Shown here: positions 52,630-61,132 of the stretch, in pieces
Layout of the letters: the number at the start of each line of letters is the position of its first letter
How positions within the stretch are numbered: the first letter of the stretch is position 1
Assembly (NCBI GenBank): GCA_011176615.1
Contig: DUEG01000001.1
Coordinates: forward strand, 209-64,208
Origin: Anaerolineae bacterium
GTDB lineage: Bacteria; Chloroflexota; Anaerolineae; Anaerolineales; UBA11858
DNA length: 64,000 nt
Direction: 5' to 3'
Notes under the pieces: generated by a model
What the model was told of the DNA's origin: nothing
The model's input: only the letters and a program-made list of their open reading frames with translations
Databases searched by the model: none
Program-made: the position numbers and the translations under genes

Positions 52630-52995
52630 ATGACTAAAAAAGATTCAAGTGAAACTGAAAAGGAAAGTACGAAACCAATTTTCGAATCACTGCGAAAGAT
52701 CATGCTTGCAAGTATAGGGGTTGTTGCGCTCGCTCAGGATGAAATCGAAGATTTTATTAATAGACTTATTGACCGAGGAGAAATTGCTGAAAAAGATGGG
52801 CGAAATTTGATTGCTGATCTTCGAAAAAAACGAGCGCAGAAATTTGAAGAAAGAGGAAGCGAATTCGAAAAGCATATGAGAAAAATTGTCGACCGGATGG
52901 GTGTACCTACGAGGTCAGAAATTCAGGACCTAAACGACAAAATTTCAATGCTCACTAAACAGATCGAAGAATTAAATAAAAAAGAAGAGAAGTAA
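52630..52995 (+). CDS. phasin-like / PHA-granule-associated regulator-like coiled-coil protein (COG3937-like)
   Basis: ATG 52630 has GGAGG upstream. LRKIMLASIGVVALAQDEIEDFINRLIDRGEI...VPTRSEIQDLNDKISMLTKQIEEL is typical of this family. Confidence 0.65.
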   Translation: MTKKDSSETEKESTKPIFESLRKIMLASIGVVALAQDEIEDFINRLIDRGEIAEKDGRNLIADLRKKRAQKFEERGSEFEKHMRKIVDRMGVPTRSEIQDLNDKISMLTKQIEELNKKEEK

Positions 52996-53029
52996 ACATC
53001 ACACAATCACACATTATAAGAGGTCAAGG

Positions 53030-53052
53030 TGCAGGAATTCCATGAATTCCTG
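53030..53052. promoter_or_regulatory. perfect 10-bp inverted repeat between the phasin-like and PhaR-like genes
   Basis: GCAGGAATTC-cat-GAATTCCTGC. There is no U-tract after it, so it is not a classical terminator. It could be an RNA stem-loop or a protein-binding site. Confidence 0.45.
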
Positions 53053-53073
53053 CTACCTTTCCAAATCTACAGC

Positions 53074-53613
53074 ATGACAACAATCAAGCGTTACTCAAAC
53101 CGAAAACTCTATGATACTGAAACAAAACGCTATATCACCCTATCAGATGTCATCACTATGCTTCGCGAAGGGAAAGATATCACGGTCATTGATAATCAAT
53201 CCGGAAGAGACATCACAAACCTTACGCTAACTCAGACAATTCTTGAACTAGAAAAAAAACATGGGGGACATTTTCCAAGACATATTTTAAAAAATCTGAT
53301 ATCAACTGGAAGTCATGCCCTGGAAAAAACATGGTCAACTATACCATCACCCTCTTCTTTATTTCAGGTTATCGATGTGCTAATTGAAAAACGTATAAAT
53401 GGGTTAATTAGACAGGGCACTATAACAAAATCCGAGGGTCAACGAATTATCGCTGACCTTTCAAAGGCACCTTTGGCAGAAAGTTGGATTTCAGACCAAT
53501 TCTTCGAGAATCTCTTCGAGAGGTTTAATATCCCTACCCGAGACAAACTAAATGCACTAACTTCAAGCATTGATGCCTTGATCCAGCAGATTGACGAAAC
53601 ACTTGAAAAATAG
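53074..53613 (+). CDS. PhaR-like protein (PHA synthesis repressor N-terminal DNA-binding domain)
   Basis: The start is at ATG 53074. IKRYSNRKLYDTETKRYITLSDVITMLREGKDITVIDNQSGRDITNLTLTQTILELE matches the PHB_acc_N/PhaR signature. Confidence 0.75.
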   Translation: MTTIKRYSNRKLYDTETKRYITLSDVITMLREGKDITVIDNQSGRDITNLTLTQTILELEKKHGGHFPRHILKNLISTGSHALEKTWSTIPSPSSLFQVIDVLIEKRINGLIRQGTITKSEGQRIIADLSKAPLAESWISDQFFENLFERFNIPTRDKLNALTSSIDALIQQIDETLEK

Positions 53614-53658
53614 ATGTACAGAAAAAAAACAAAATAATACCGTATTTAAAAAAAAAAC

Positions 53659-53685
53659 GAGGAGCGCGATTTGCTCCTCATTTTG
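53659..53685. terminator. bidirectional intrinsic terminator between the PhaR-like (+) and helical-repeat (-) genes
   Basis: GAGGAGC-gcgattt-GCTCCTC, a 7-bp stem flanked by A10 upstream and ATTTTG downstream. Confidence 0.6.
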
Positions 53686-53703
53686 CCAATTATTCTTTAA
53701 CCC

Positions 53704-54378
53704 TCAAGTTCTGAGTAATGCCCTCGTCTTATGAGCATCTTTCAACAGAGAGACATCCTCATCCTTTACGCGCGGGGCAAATGTCATCATCTTCTGTCCA
53801 TTTATCCGCGATTCAAGTCTAGTAATCAATCGCTCTAAAGCGGGAATTGTGTCCAGGAATCCTACCAATCCCGAAAAATAAATCGCTTGCTTCCGAATAG
53901 GAACGGGGGCTTTCCTATCCAAGAATATATTCGACAAAGAGTTCCCAGCAAAAGAACAAGCATTTAATAATGATGCAATGCTTGTTTCTGATTGCGGATA
54001 TTTCTCTGCAACCTGTAGTAAACCGAATATTTCTCTTCGACGCATTTTAGACAAATAGATTTTCAACGTGTATCGAACCGGTTCTGGGGCAAGTAGTCCA
54101 TCTTTATCAGGGACAAGAACATTTCCTAAAGCAATCACAATTTGATAACGTAATTCGATCTTTGGTTCACAGATTCTGGTTGCGAAGATATAAGCAATTA
54201 ACGGTGAAAACCTGGGCGCATTAACAGAAACCAATCGTTCGATTGCATTCTCCCGAACGGTTAATACAGGAGATACCATTTCCTCTGCGGCTCTCCATAC
54301 CTCCGGGAATAATTCAATAGCCTCTGATGAGACATCTGAAAAATCAAAAAGTGTTGATTGTGAAAAGTTTTTTTCCAT
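53704..54378 (-). CDS. hypothetical all-helical protein (possible HEAT/ARM-like repeats)
   Basis: 224 aa with a clean ORF. Weak HEAT-like periodicity (..VRENAIERLVSVNAPRFSPLIAYIF..). No catalytic motif. Confidence 0.5.
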   Translation of the reverse strand: MEKNFSQSTLFDFSDVSSEAIELFPEVWRAAEEMVSPVLTVRENAIERLVSVNAPRFSPLIAYIFATRICEPKIELRYQIVIALGNVLVPDKDGLLAPEPVRYTLKIYLSKMRRREIFGLLQVAEKYPQSETSIASLLNACSFAGNSLSNIFLDRKAPVPIRKQAIYFSGLVGFLDTIPALERLITRLESRINGQKMMTFAPRVKDEDVSLLKDAHKTRALLRT

Positions 54379-54502
54379 TTTAGAGAAGTATAACTGAATT
54401 ATTAAATCAAGCCGAAGTCAATGTAGGAGTTATCCATTTTTTTATAATATATTTCCAGCCGGGTTTGTCATTACAGGATTTATAGATAAGCACAAGTTAT
54501 GT

Positions 54503-55633
54503 CTATGACATCTTAAGCGTTTCTTTTCTTCGTTCTTCTATTGAATTTAGCAAATTTGTAAAAGCATCAGCAAATGCTTTTACCCCTTGGTCCTCTAATT
54601 CCTGGGTTACTTCATCCATTGAAATGCCCAATGCTTCAATATCAACGAATGCTTGCCGCGCTTCATCTACTCCATTTTCTAGGGTTAATTCCACCTTTCC
54701 ATGGTCTTTAAATGCTTGTAGTGTTTTGGGAGGCACTGTATTTACCGTATTGGGACCGATCAAATTATCTACATAGGTCGTATCAGGATAAGCAGGATTC
54801 TTCGTACTAGTTGACGCCCATAATGGTCTCTGAAGGTTAGCACCCTTGGATTCAAGGGCCTTGAACCGCTTCGATCCAAATATCTCTTTGAATTCTTGGT
54901 ACGCAAGTTTTGCACTGGCAATTGCCAGTTTTCCCTGGAGTTTTTTTACACTGGCTGAATCTCTCTTTCCAGTCTCTATTAATGTGTTCAACCTATTGTC
55001 AACATTTGTGTCAATTCTCGAGACAAAGAAAGAAGCCACTGAGGCGATATTATCCACGCGTAAACCATTTGCAAGTCGTTTTTCGATCCCCATAAGGTAT
55101 GCTTCTACTACTTCTTTATAGCGTTCAAGGGAAAAAATCAGGGTTACATTTATATTAATTCCTTGCATGATCGCTTGGGTTATTGCTGGTAAACCTTCTT
55201 TTGTAGCAGGTATCTTTACCATTAAATTCGGTCGATTCACGTGCGTCCAGAGGTAGACAGCATCTTTAAGGGTCTTTTCTGTATCATACGCAAGGTAAGG
55301 ATTAACTTCCAAACTTACATATCCATCACCATAATTTGTTTCATTATACAAGGGGTAGAAAAGATCTGCAGAGGTTTGAATATCTTTGATAGACAATTGT
55401 TGATAAATCTCCTCTTTCTCTAATCCTTTTCTTGCCAAGATGATAAGTTCATCGTTATATTCATCTGATTTAGCAATGGCTTTATTAAATATACTGGGGT
55501 TTGAAGTAACCCCTCGAATATCTCCCCTATTTATCATTTGCTTAAACATGCCGTTCTTCAACAATCTGCGCTCTATATTGTCATACCAGATTGACTGACC
55601 GAGTGCATGAAGTTCTTCAAGTTTGTTTACCAT
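54503..55633 (-). CDS. tal: transaldolase (long, ~375-aa type)
   Basis: SIWYDN, RGVTSNPSIF and the Schiff-base Lys context MVKIPATKEG. Confidence 0.9.
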   Translation of the reverse strand: MVNKLEELHALGQSIWYDNIERRLLKNGMFKQMINRGDIRGVTSNPSIFNKAIAKSDEYNDELIILARKGLEKEEIYQQLSIKDIQTSADLFYPLYNETNYGDGYVSLEVNPYLAYDTEKTLKDAVYLWTHVNRPNLMVKIPATKEGLPAITQAIMQGININVTLIFSLERYKEVVEAYLMGIEKRLANGLRVDNIASVASFFVSRIDTNVDNRLNTLIETGKRDSASVKKLQGKLAIASAKLAYQEFKEIFGSKRFKALESKGANLQRPLWASTSTKNPAYPDTTYVDNLIGPNTVNTVPPKTLQAFKDHGKVELTLENGVDEARQAFVDIEALGISMDEVTQELEDQGVKAFADAFTNLLNSIEERRKETLKMS

Positions 55634-55827
55634 TTCTTCTCCAAATAGATTTCGTTGTCCTTGATTAATATTTTATTTTCAAATTCATTATACCTTTTTC
55701 TCCGAAAAACATTCCTCCACTCATTTATTTGTTAGATAACTCAGTGTCATAATTTCTTACGCAATTAAAGATTGAAAATATATTAATTATTACAAAAATA
55801 ATTTTATGTTTAAATCCCTTGTCTACT

Positions 55828-55843
55828 GGTGACATATATCACA
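55828..55843. promoter_or_regulatory. CRP/FNR-family-type palindrome upstream of hdrC
   Basis: GGTGA-catata-TCACA versus the consensus TGTGA-N6-TCACA (9 of 10 half-site positions). It lies in the 369-bp very AT-rich intergenic region about 173 bp before the hdrC ATG. Confidence 0.4.
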
Positions 55844-56008
55844 ATAAGTTTATGCTATTCATAACTATCATTATTACTTATGTTACTTGATACTTATATA
55901 TATACCCAGTCTTCAAGCATGCCATCTAATAATAAAGGAAAATATATCGCGTGTTCAATAAACCTTGTTAAAAATATGATAGACCTTTAATAATCCAAGG
56001 AGGTCTGA

Positions 56009-56596
56009 ATGGAAACAAATTTACAAACTTCTAGGACACCCACCTTCTATGATGAAGTGATTCGTGATACCCCCGGAGGGGATCCGAATCTAGAAATGTG
56101 TATCCAATGTGGCACTTGTGGTGGCTCTTGTCCTTCTGGAGCGGATATGGATCATACACCCAGAAATTTATTCGCAATGATCAATGCTGGCATGAAAGAA
56201 GATGTGCTTCGTTCAAACTCTCCTTGGTATTGCGTATCGTGCTATTACTGCATGGTACGATGCCCCCAAGAAATCCATATCACCGACATCATGTATACAT
56301 TAAAGCGCATGGCTATCAAAGAGGGTTTGTACCGTGAATCAAGCGCCAGCGAAGCCCCTGGATTTTCTGAAACATTCATCCATTACGTTGAGAATTATGG
56401 GCGCAGTTTTGAACTCGGTTTAGCCACCTGGCATCATCTGAGATACCACCCGATTAATGCCATTCGCATGGCTTCAACGATGGGACTTGAATTACTCAGG
56501 AAAGGACGCATGGATTTAACCCCGACTCGGATTAAAAATATGCCTCAACTTAAAAAAATACTTAAAAAAGCGAAAGCGATAGGAGGCACAACATGA
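56009..56596 (+). CDS. hdrC: heterodisulfide reductase subunit C-like (2x[4Fe-4S])
   Basis: CIQCGTCGGSCP and CVSCYYCMVRCP. AAGGAGG SD present. The stop overlaps the hdrB ATG (ATGA). Confidence 0.85.
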   Translation: METNLQTSRTPTFYDEVIRDTPGGDPNLEMCIQCGTCGGSCPSGADMDHTPRNLFAMINAGMKEDVLRSNSPWYCVSCYYCMVRCPQEIHITDIMYTLKRMAIKEGLYRESSASEAPGFSETFIHYVENYGRSFELGLATWHHLRYHPINAIRMASTMGLELLRKGRMDLTPTRIKNMPQLKKILKKAKAIGGTT

Positions 56597-57564
56597 AGTA
56601 CGGTTATTACCCGGGTTGCTCCCTTGAGCGTAATGCTATTGCATATCAACAATCCACTATGGCTATCGCAAAGCCATTGGGAATTGAATTCATCGAAGTG
56701 GAGGATTGGAATTGTTGTGGGGCGACTGAGTACTTCGCTATCGATGCCCTAGCCGCTTATGCGCTCGTAGGAAGAAATCTCGCTCTTGCTTCTCAACAAA
56801 AACTCAATGGGGATAGAAATCAATTGGTAGCACCTTGTAGTGCTTGCTTTTTAAATTTGTACAAAACAGATCACTATATGGCTGAGGACAACAAGTTAAA
56901 TGCCAATGTCAACGAAGCCTTAGCCGCAGGTGGTCTTCACTATGACCCAGGTACTGTAAAAGTACGCCATCTTCTTGATATCATCGTCAATGATATCGGT
57001 TACGAAGCAATCGCTGAGAGAGTTACTAAACCCCTATTTAACCTGCGTGTTGCACCTTATTACGGATGCATGATTGTACGTCCCGCCTCCATAGAATCTT
57101 TTGATAACCCTGAATACCCCACAAGTCTAGATAAATTAACACATTCTCTTGGGGCAGAGGTTGTTGATTTTCCACTAAAAGCGCATTGCTGTGGCGGGCA
57201 TATGACCCAGATCAGTGAGAATACTGCTTTAGAATTAATCAGACGCTTGTTGAAAAACGCTGCTGATTACGACGCAGACATGATTGTAACGCTATGTCCA
57301 ATGTGTCAATTGAATCTAGATGCTTACCAAGAAAATGTCAACAAACACTTTGGAACCAATTTTCATATACCTGTCCTTTACTTCACCCAACTGATGGGAT
57401 TAGCATTCGGATTATCAGCAAATAACCTGGGCTTAGGGAAAGAATTTATTAATGCAAAACCCGCATTGGATAAGATAAGTAGTGAGCCTCTAAAAAAACA
57501 ACGGAGAAAGAAACGACCGCCAAAAGAAACGCTCCCGATGCCAACAATGCCGGAGGAGAGTTAA
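56593..57564 (+). CDS. hdrB: heterodisulfide reductase subunit B-like (two CCG domains)
   Basis: The CCG motifs are WNCCGATEYF and AHCCGGHM, with associated CxxC contexts (CSAC.., CPMC..). Confidence 0.85.
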   Translation: MKYGYYPGCSLERNAIAYQQSTMAIAKPLGIEFIEVEDWNCCGATEYFAIDALAAYALVGRNLALASQQKLNGDRNQLVAPCSACFLNLYKTDHYMAEDNKLNANVNEALAAGGLHYDPGTVKVRHLLDIIVNDIGYEAIAERVTKPLFNLRVAPYYGCMIVRPASIESFDNPEYPTSLDKLTHSLGAEVVDFPLKAHCCGGHMTQISENTALELIRRLLKNAADYDADMIVTLCPMCQLNLDAYQENVNKHFGTNFHIPVLYFTQLMGLAFGLSANNLGLGKEFINAKPALDKISSEPLKKQRRKKRPPKETLPMPTMPEES

Positions 57565-57567
57565 GCC

Positions 57568-59598
57568 ATGACTGAAGAAAGAATTGGTGTTTACGTCTGT
57601 CACTGTGGAACAAACATCGCTGGAACAGTCGATGTTGAAGAAGTCTCGAAATGGGCAGGAGAAAAACTAAAAAAAGATGGGGTTGTAGTTTCTCGTGACT
57701 ATAAATTTATGTGTTCAAGCCTTGGTCAGGAACTAATCCAAGCCGATATCAAAGAAAAAAGTTTGAATCGAGTAGTTGTAGCCGCCTGCTCACCTCATCT
57801 TCACGAAAAAACATTCCGCACTGCCTGCCAAAAAGCGGACATGAATCCATACTTATGCGAAATGGTCTCCATCAGAGAACAGGTTTCATGGGTTCACACA
57901 GACAAACGTGTTGCTACAGAAAAAGCCAAAGCGCTGATAAGTGGAGGTGTTCTAAGAGTTGCAAAGGACGAACCATTGGAAGCCATCCACGTGCCAATTA
58001 ACCCAGCAACTCTCATCGTTGGGGCTGGAATTGCCGGTATTCAAGCAGCATTGGAAATTGCAGATAGCGGATTTCCAGTTTACCTTGTAGAACGCGATTC
58101 ATCGATTGGCGGTCACATGGCTCAATTCGATAAAACATTCCCAACCCTTGACTGTGCAGCGTGTATATTAACACCGAAGATGGTAGACGCAGGTGATCAT
58201 CCAAATATTACCCTGCTTACATTAAGTGAAATTGAGCAAGTAGATGGGTATGTAGGCAACTTCACTGTAACGATCCGCAAGGGCGCAAGATATGTCAAAG
58301 AAGATGTATGCACTGGTTGCGGTATTTGCATCGAAAAATGCCCAATTAAAGTAATTGACACAAATTTCGAAGCGGGTCTTGGTTACCGAAAAGCAATTTA
58401 CCGCAATTTTCCTCAAGCAATTCCCAAATATCCAGCCATTGACACAGAGCACTGCACCTATTTCCTACACGGCAAATGCAAAGCCTGCCAACTTTTCTGT
58501 CCAACCCAACCTAATTCCATCGATTTCGAACAGCAAGACGAAGTTATCCGGATCGAAGTAGGGAATATCATCTTGGCTACAGGTTATGATCTCTTCAACT
58601 CTCGCCGAATCCCTCAATATGGTTATGGTAGGCTCGCCAACGTTTTCACCAGCCTCGAATTTGAGCGCATGTGTAATGCAGCAGGACCAACCGAAGGGAG
58701 GGTCTTTTTACGTGATGGTATTACCCAGCCAAAGACTGTTGGCATCATCCATTGCGTTGGCAGTAGAGATAAGCACTACAACAACTACTGTTCGGTCATT
58801 TGTTGTATGCAAAGTCTTAAATTTGCTCACTTGGTCAAAGAACGCACAGGTGCTGAGGTGTACGAATTCTATATTGATATGCGTACGGCTTTCAAGGATT
58901 ATGATGAGTTTTATCAAAGAGTGCTCCAAGAGGGCGTCAACTTTATTAGAGGCAGAGTGGCAGAAGCTACAGACGCTGCCCGCTTACCAGGGGAAGAAGG
59001 TAAATTGATTATCCAAGCAGAGGATACATTAATTGGAAAACAACGACGAATTCCGGTTGATATGGTCATCCTCTCAGCGGGTCTAGAACCGAGAGCAGAT
59101 TCAGAAGAAGTTGCCAAGAAATTTGGTATTTCTTGCAGTTCAAATGGGTTTTTCATCGAAAAACACCCAAAACTCGACCCAATATCAACACTGACCGAAG
59201 GCATTTTCATCGCAGGAGCATGCCAGGGACCTAAAGACATCCCGGCAAGTGTTACTCAAGGCGCAGCAGCAGCAGCACGCGTCCTCGGTCGCATCCAATC
59301 GAAAGAACTTGCACTTGAACCAATACGAGCAAGCGTGATAGAAGAAAGGTGTTCGGGCTGTAGAATATGCAACGACCTCTGCCCATTCAATGCAATAACT
59401 TTCAACGAAGAACTGAATGTAACAAATATCAATCAAGCCTTATGCCAAGGTTGTGGCACTTGTGTCGCAGCCTGCCCATCTGGCGCAATTTCCGGAACAC
59501 AATTTAGCGACGAACAGATACTTGCCCAACTCGATGGAATTCTATCTTTACCGATTAATAGCGGAAAGGTAAAAACCTTGGAAAGTGTGCCTGCCTGA
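57568..59598 (+). CDS. hdrA: heterodisulfide reductase subunit A-like (FAD, multiple Fe-S; electron-bifurcating type)
   Basis: N-terminal Cys domain VYVCHCGTNIAG. FAD-binding GAGIAGIQAALE. Ferredoxin motifs CTGCGICIEKCP, CSGCRICNDLCP and CQGCGTCVAACP. Confidence 0.9.
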   Translation: MTEERIGVYVCHCGTNIAGTVDVEEVSKWAGEKLKKDGVVVSRDYKFMCSSLGQELIQADIKEKSLNRVVVAACSPHLHEKTFRTACQKADMNPYLCEMVSIREQVSWVHTDKRVATEKAKALISGGVLRVAKDEPLEAIHVPINPATLIVGAGIAGIQAALEIADSGFPVYLVERDSSIGGHMAQFDKTFPTLDCAACILTPKMVDAGDHPNITLLTLSEIEQVDGYVGNFTVTIRKGARYVKEDVCTGCGICIEKCPIKVIDTNFEAGLGYRKAIYRNFPQAIPKYPAIDTEHCTYFLHGKCKACQLFCPTQPNSIDFEQQDEVIRIEVGNIILATGYDLFNSRRIPQYGYGRLANVFTSLEFERMCNAAGPTEGRVFLRDGITQPKTVGIIHCVGSRDKHYNNYCSVICCMQSLKFAHLVKERTGAEVYEFYIDMRTAFKDYDEFYQRVLQEGVNFIRGRVAEATDAARLPGEEGKLIIQAEDTLIGKQRRIPVDMVILSAGLEPRADSEEVAKKFGISCSSNGFFIEKHPKLDPISTLTEGIFIAGACQGPKDIPASVTQGAAAAARVLGRIQSKELALEPIRASVIEERCSGCRICNDLCPFNAITFNEELNVTNINQALCQGCGTCVAACPSGAISGTQFSDEQILAQLDGILSLPINSGKVKTLESVPA

Positions 59599-59618
59599 GG
59601 GAAGGAAGGAAAATAAAT

Positions 59619-60104
59619 ATGACTGATCAGACAAATTTCGAACCAATGGTTGTCGGTTTTACATGCAATTGGTGTAGTTATCGTGCTGCCGACCTGGCAG
59701 GTATGTCAAGAATTAAGTATCCACCCAATATCAGACTCATCCGTTTAATGTGTTCAGGTAGATTGGACCCAACTTTTGTATTGAAAGCATTCGAAGGAGG
59801 CGCTGATGGAGTTCTAATCTCAGGATGTCATCCCGGAGAATGCCACTATCTTGAACAAAATTACAAAATGTTGAAACGATTTTTGCTCTTAAGAAAAATG
59901 CTTATCCAAATGGGTATAGAACCAGACCGCTTAAAACTTCTATGGGCGAGCGCCGCCGAAGGAGCACGTTTCGCAGAGGAAGTAACGAAAATGGTAGAAA
60001 CAGTCCGATCCCTCGGCCCATTAAATTGGTCTAAGGTAGTAGATTCAAATGGTGGACATGCTACCGTAATTCCTGTCCTAGCCAAAGAGGAGGTGACCGC
60101 ATGA
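59619..60104 (+). CDS. mvhD: MvhD/FlpD-family protein (methyl-viologen-reducing hydrogenase delta subunit)
   Basis: GFTCNWCSYRAADLAG...LMCSGR...ISGCHPGECHY is the family signature. Confidence 0.85.
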   Translation: MTDQTNFEPMVVGFTCNWCSYRAADLAGMSRIKYPPNIRLIRLMCSGRLDPTFVLKAFEGGADGVLISGCHPGECHYLEQNYKMLKRFLLLRKMLIQMGIEPDRLKLLWASAAEGARFAEEVTKMVETVRSLGPLNWSKVVDSNGGHATVIPVLAKEEVTA

Positions 60105-61132
60105 ACGATAACGGTAAACCAAAACTAGCAATGTACTGGTGTGCTTCATGTGGTGGCTGCGAAATCTCAGTACTCAATATCCACGAACACATCCTCGACG
60201 TAGATGCTGTGTTCGATATAGTATTTTTCCCTTGCATCGCTGACTTTAAACTCCAGGATGTACAAGGATATCCTGATGGCTATATTGATGTATGCCTTTT
60301 CAATGGAGCAATTCGAAACTCTGAAAATGAGGAGATGGCGCATCTTCTCCGAAAAAAATCGAAGATATTGGTTGCTTATGGTTCATGCTCTTATGAAGGA
60401 TGTATTCCAGCCCTTTCAAATCTAACCTCAAAAGAAGCAACTTTCCAAACTGTGTATATAGATAATCCCACAATCGATAACCCTGATGGAATACTACCCC
60501 AAACTATGACAAAAGTTCCCGAAGGAGAATTAGAATTACCGTTTTTTTACAATACTGTAAAATCTTTGGATCAAGTCGTAGAGGTTGATTATTATCTTCC
60601 TGGATGTCCACCTGAACCTCCCCAAATTTGGGCTGTATTAGAAGTAGTCATCGCCGCACTTACACAAGGTGCTCCCTTACCCCCGAAAGGATCTATCGTC
60701 GGCGCAAAAGATGTCGCAGTTTGTGAAGAATGCCCAAGGGAGAAACACGAAAAAACAATCGCTCGGTTTTACCGACCATACGAGATCAATCCCGATCCAG
60801 ATCTTTGCCTACTCGAACAAGGAATCATTTGCATGGGTATTGCTACCAGAGGAGGATGTGGGGCACTATGCCCACAAGTCGGAATGGGATGTAGAGGTTG
60901 TTATGGGCCTCTTCCGGGCGTCGAAGATCAAGGAGCCAAAATGCTCAGTGCCATCGCATCCGTTATTGATGTGGGGGATGTGGGTGACGATGAAAAACTA
61001 TTAGAACAAAAAATCGAAGAAGTAATTGCAACCATTCCTGATCCCGCAGGGACTTTCTATCGATTCAGCATGGCACATTCAATCCTACAACGCACACGAA
61101 TAAGCGAAAACGGGAAAGGAGATTCAGAATGA
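60101..61132 (+). CDS. mvhG: [NiFe]-hydrogenase small subunit, F420-non-reducing (MvhG) type
   Basis: Proximal cluster context YWCASCGGCEISVLN, then LPGCPPEP, with distal cluster Cys runs CEECP and GGCGALCP..GCRGCYGP. ATGA overlaps occur at both ends. Confidence 0.85.
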   Translation: MNDNGKPKLAMYWCASCGGCEISVLNIHEHILDVDAVFDIVFFPCIADFKLQDVQGYPDGYIDVCLFNGAIRNSENEEMAHLLRKKSKILVAYGSCSYEGCIPALSNLTSKEATFQTVYIDNPTIDNPDGILPQTMTKVPEGELELPFFYNTVKSLDQVVEVDYYLPGCPPEPPQIWAVLEVVIAALTQGAPLPPKGSIVGAKDVAVCEECPREKHEKTIARFYRPYEINPDPDLCLLEQGIICMGIATRGGCGALCPQVGMGCRGCYGPLPGVEDQGAKMLSAIASVIDVGDVGDDEKLLEQKIEEVIATIPDPAGTFYRFSMAHSILQRTRISENGKGDSE

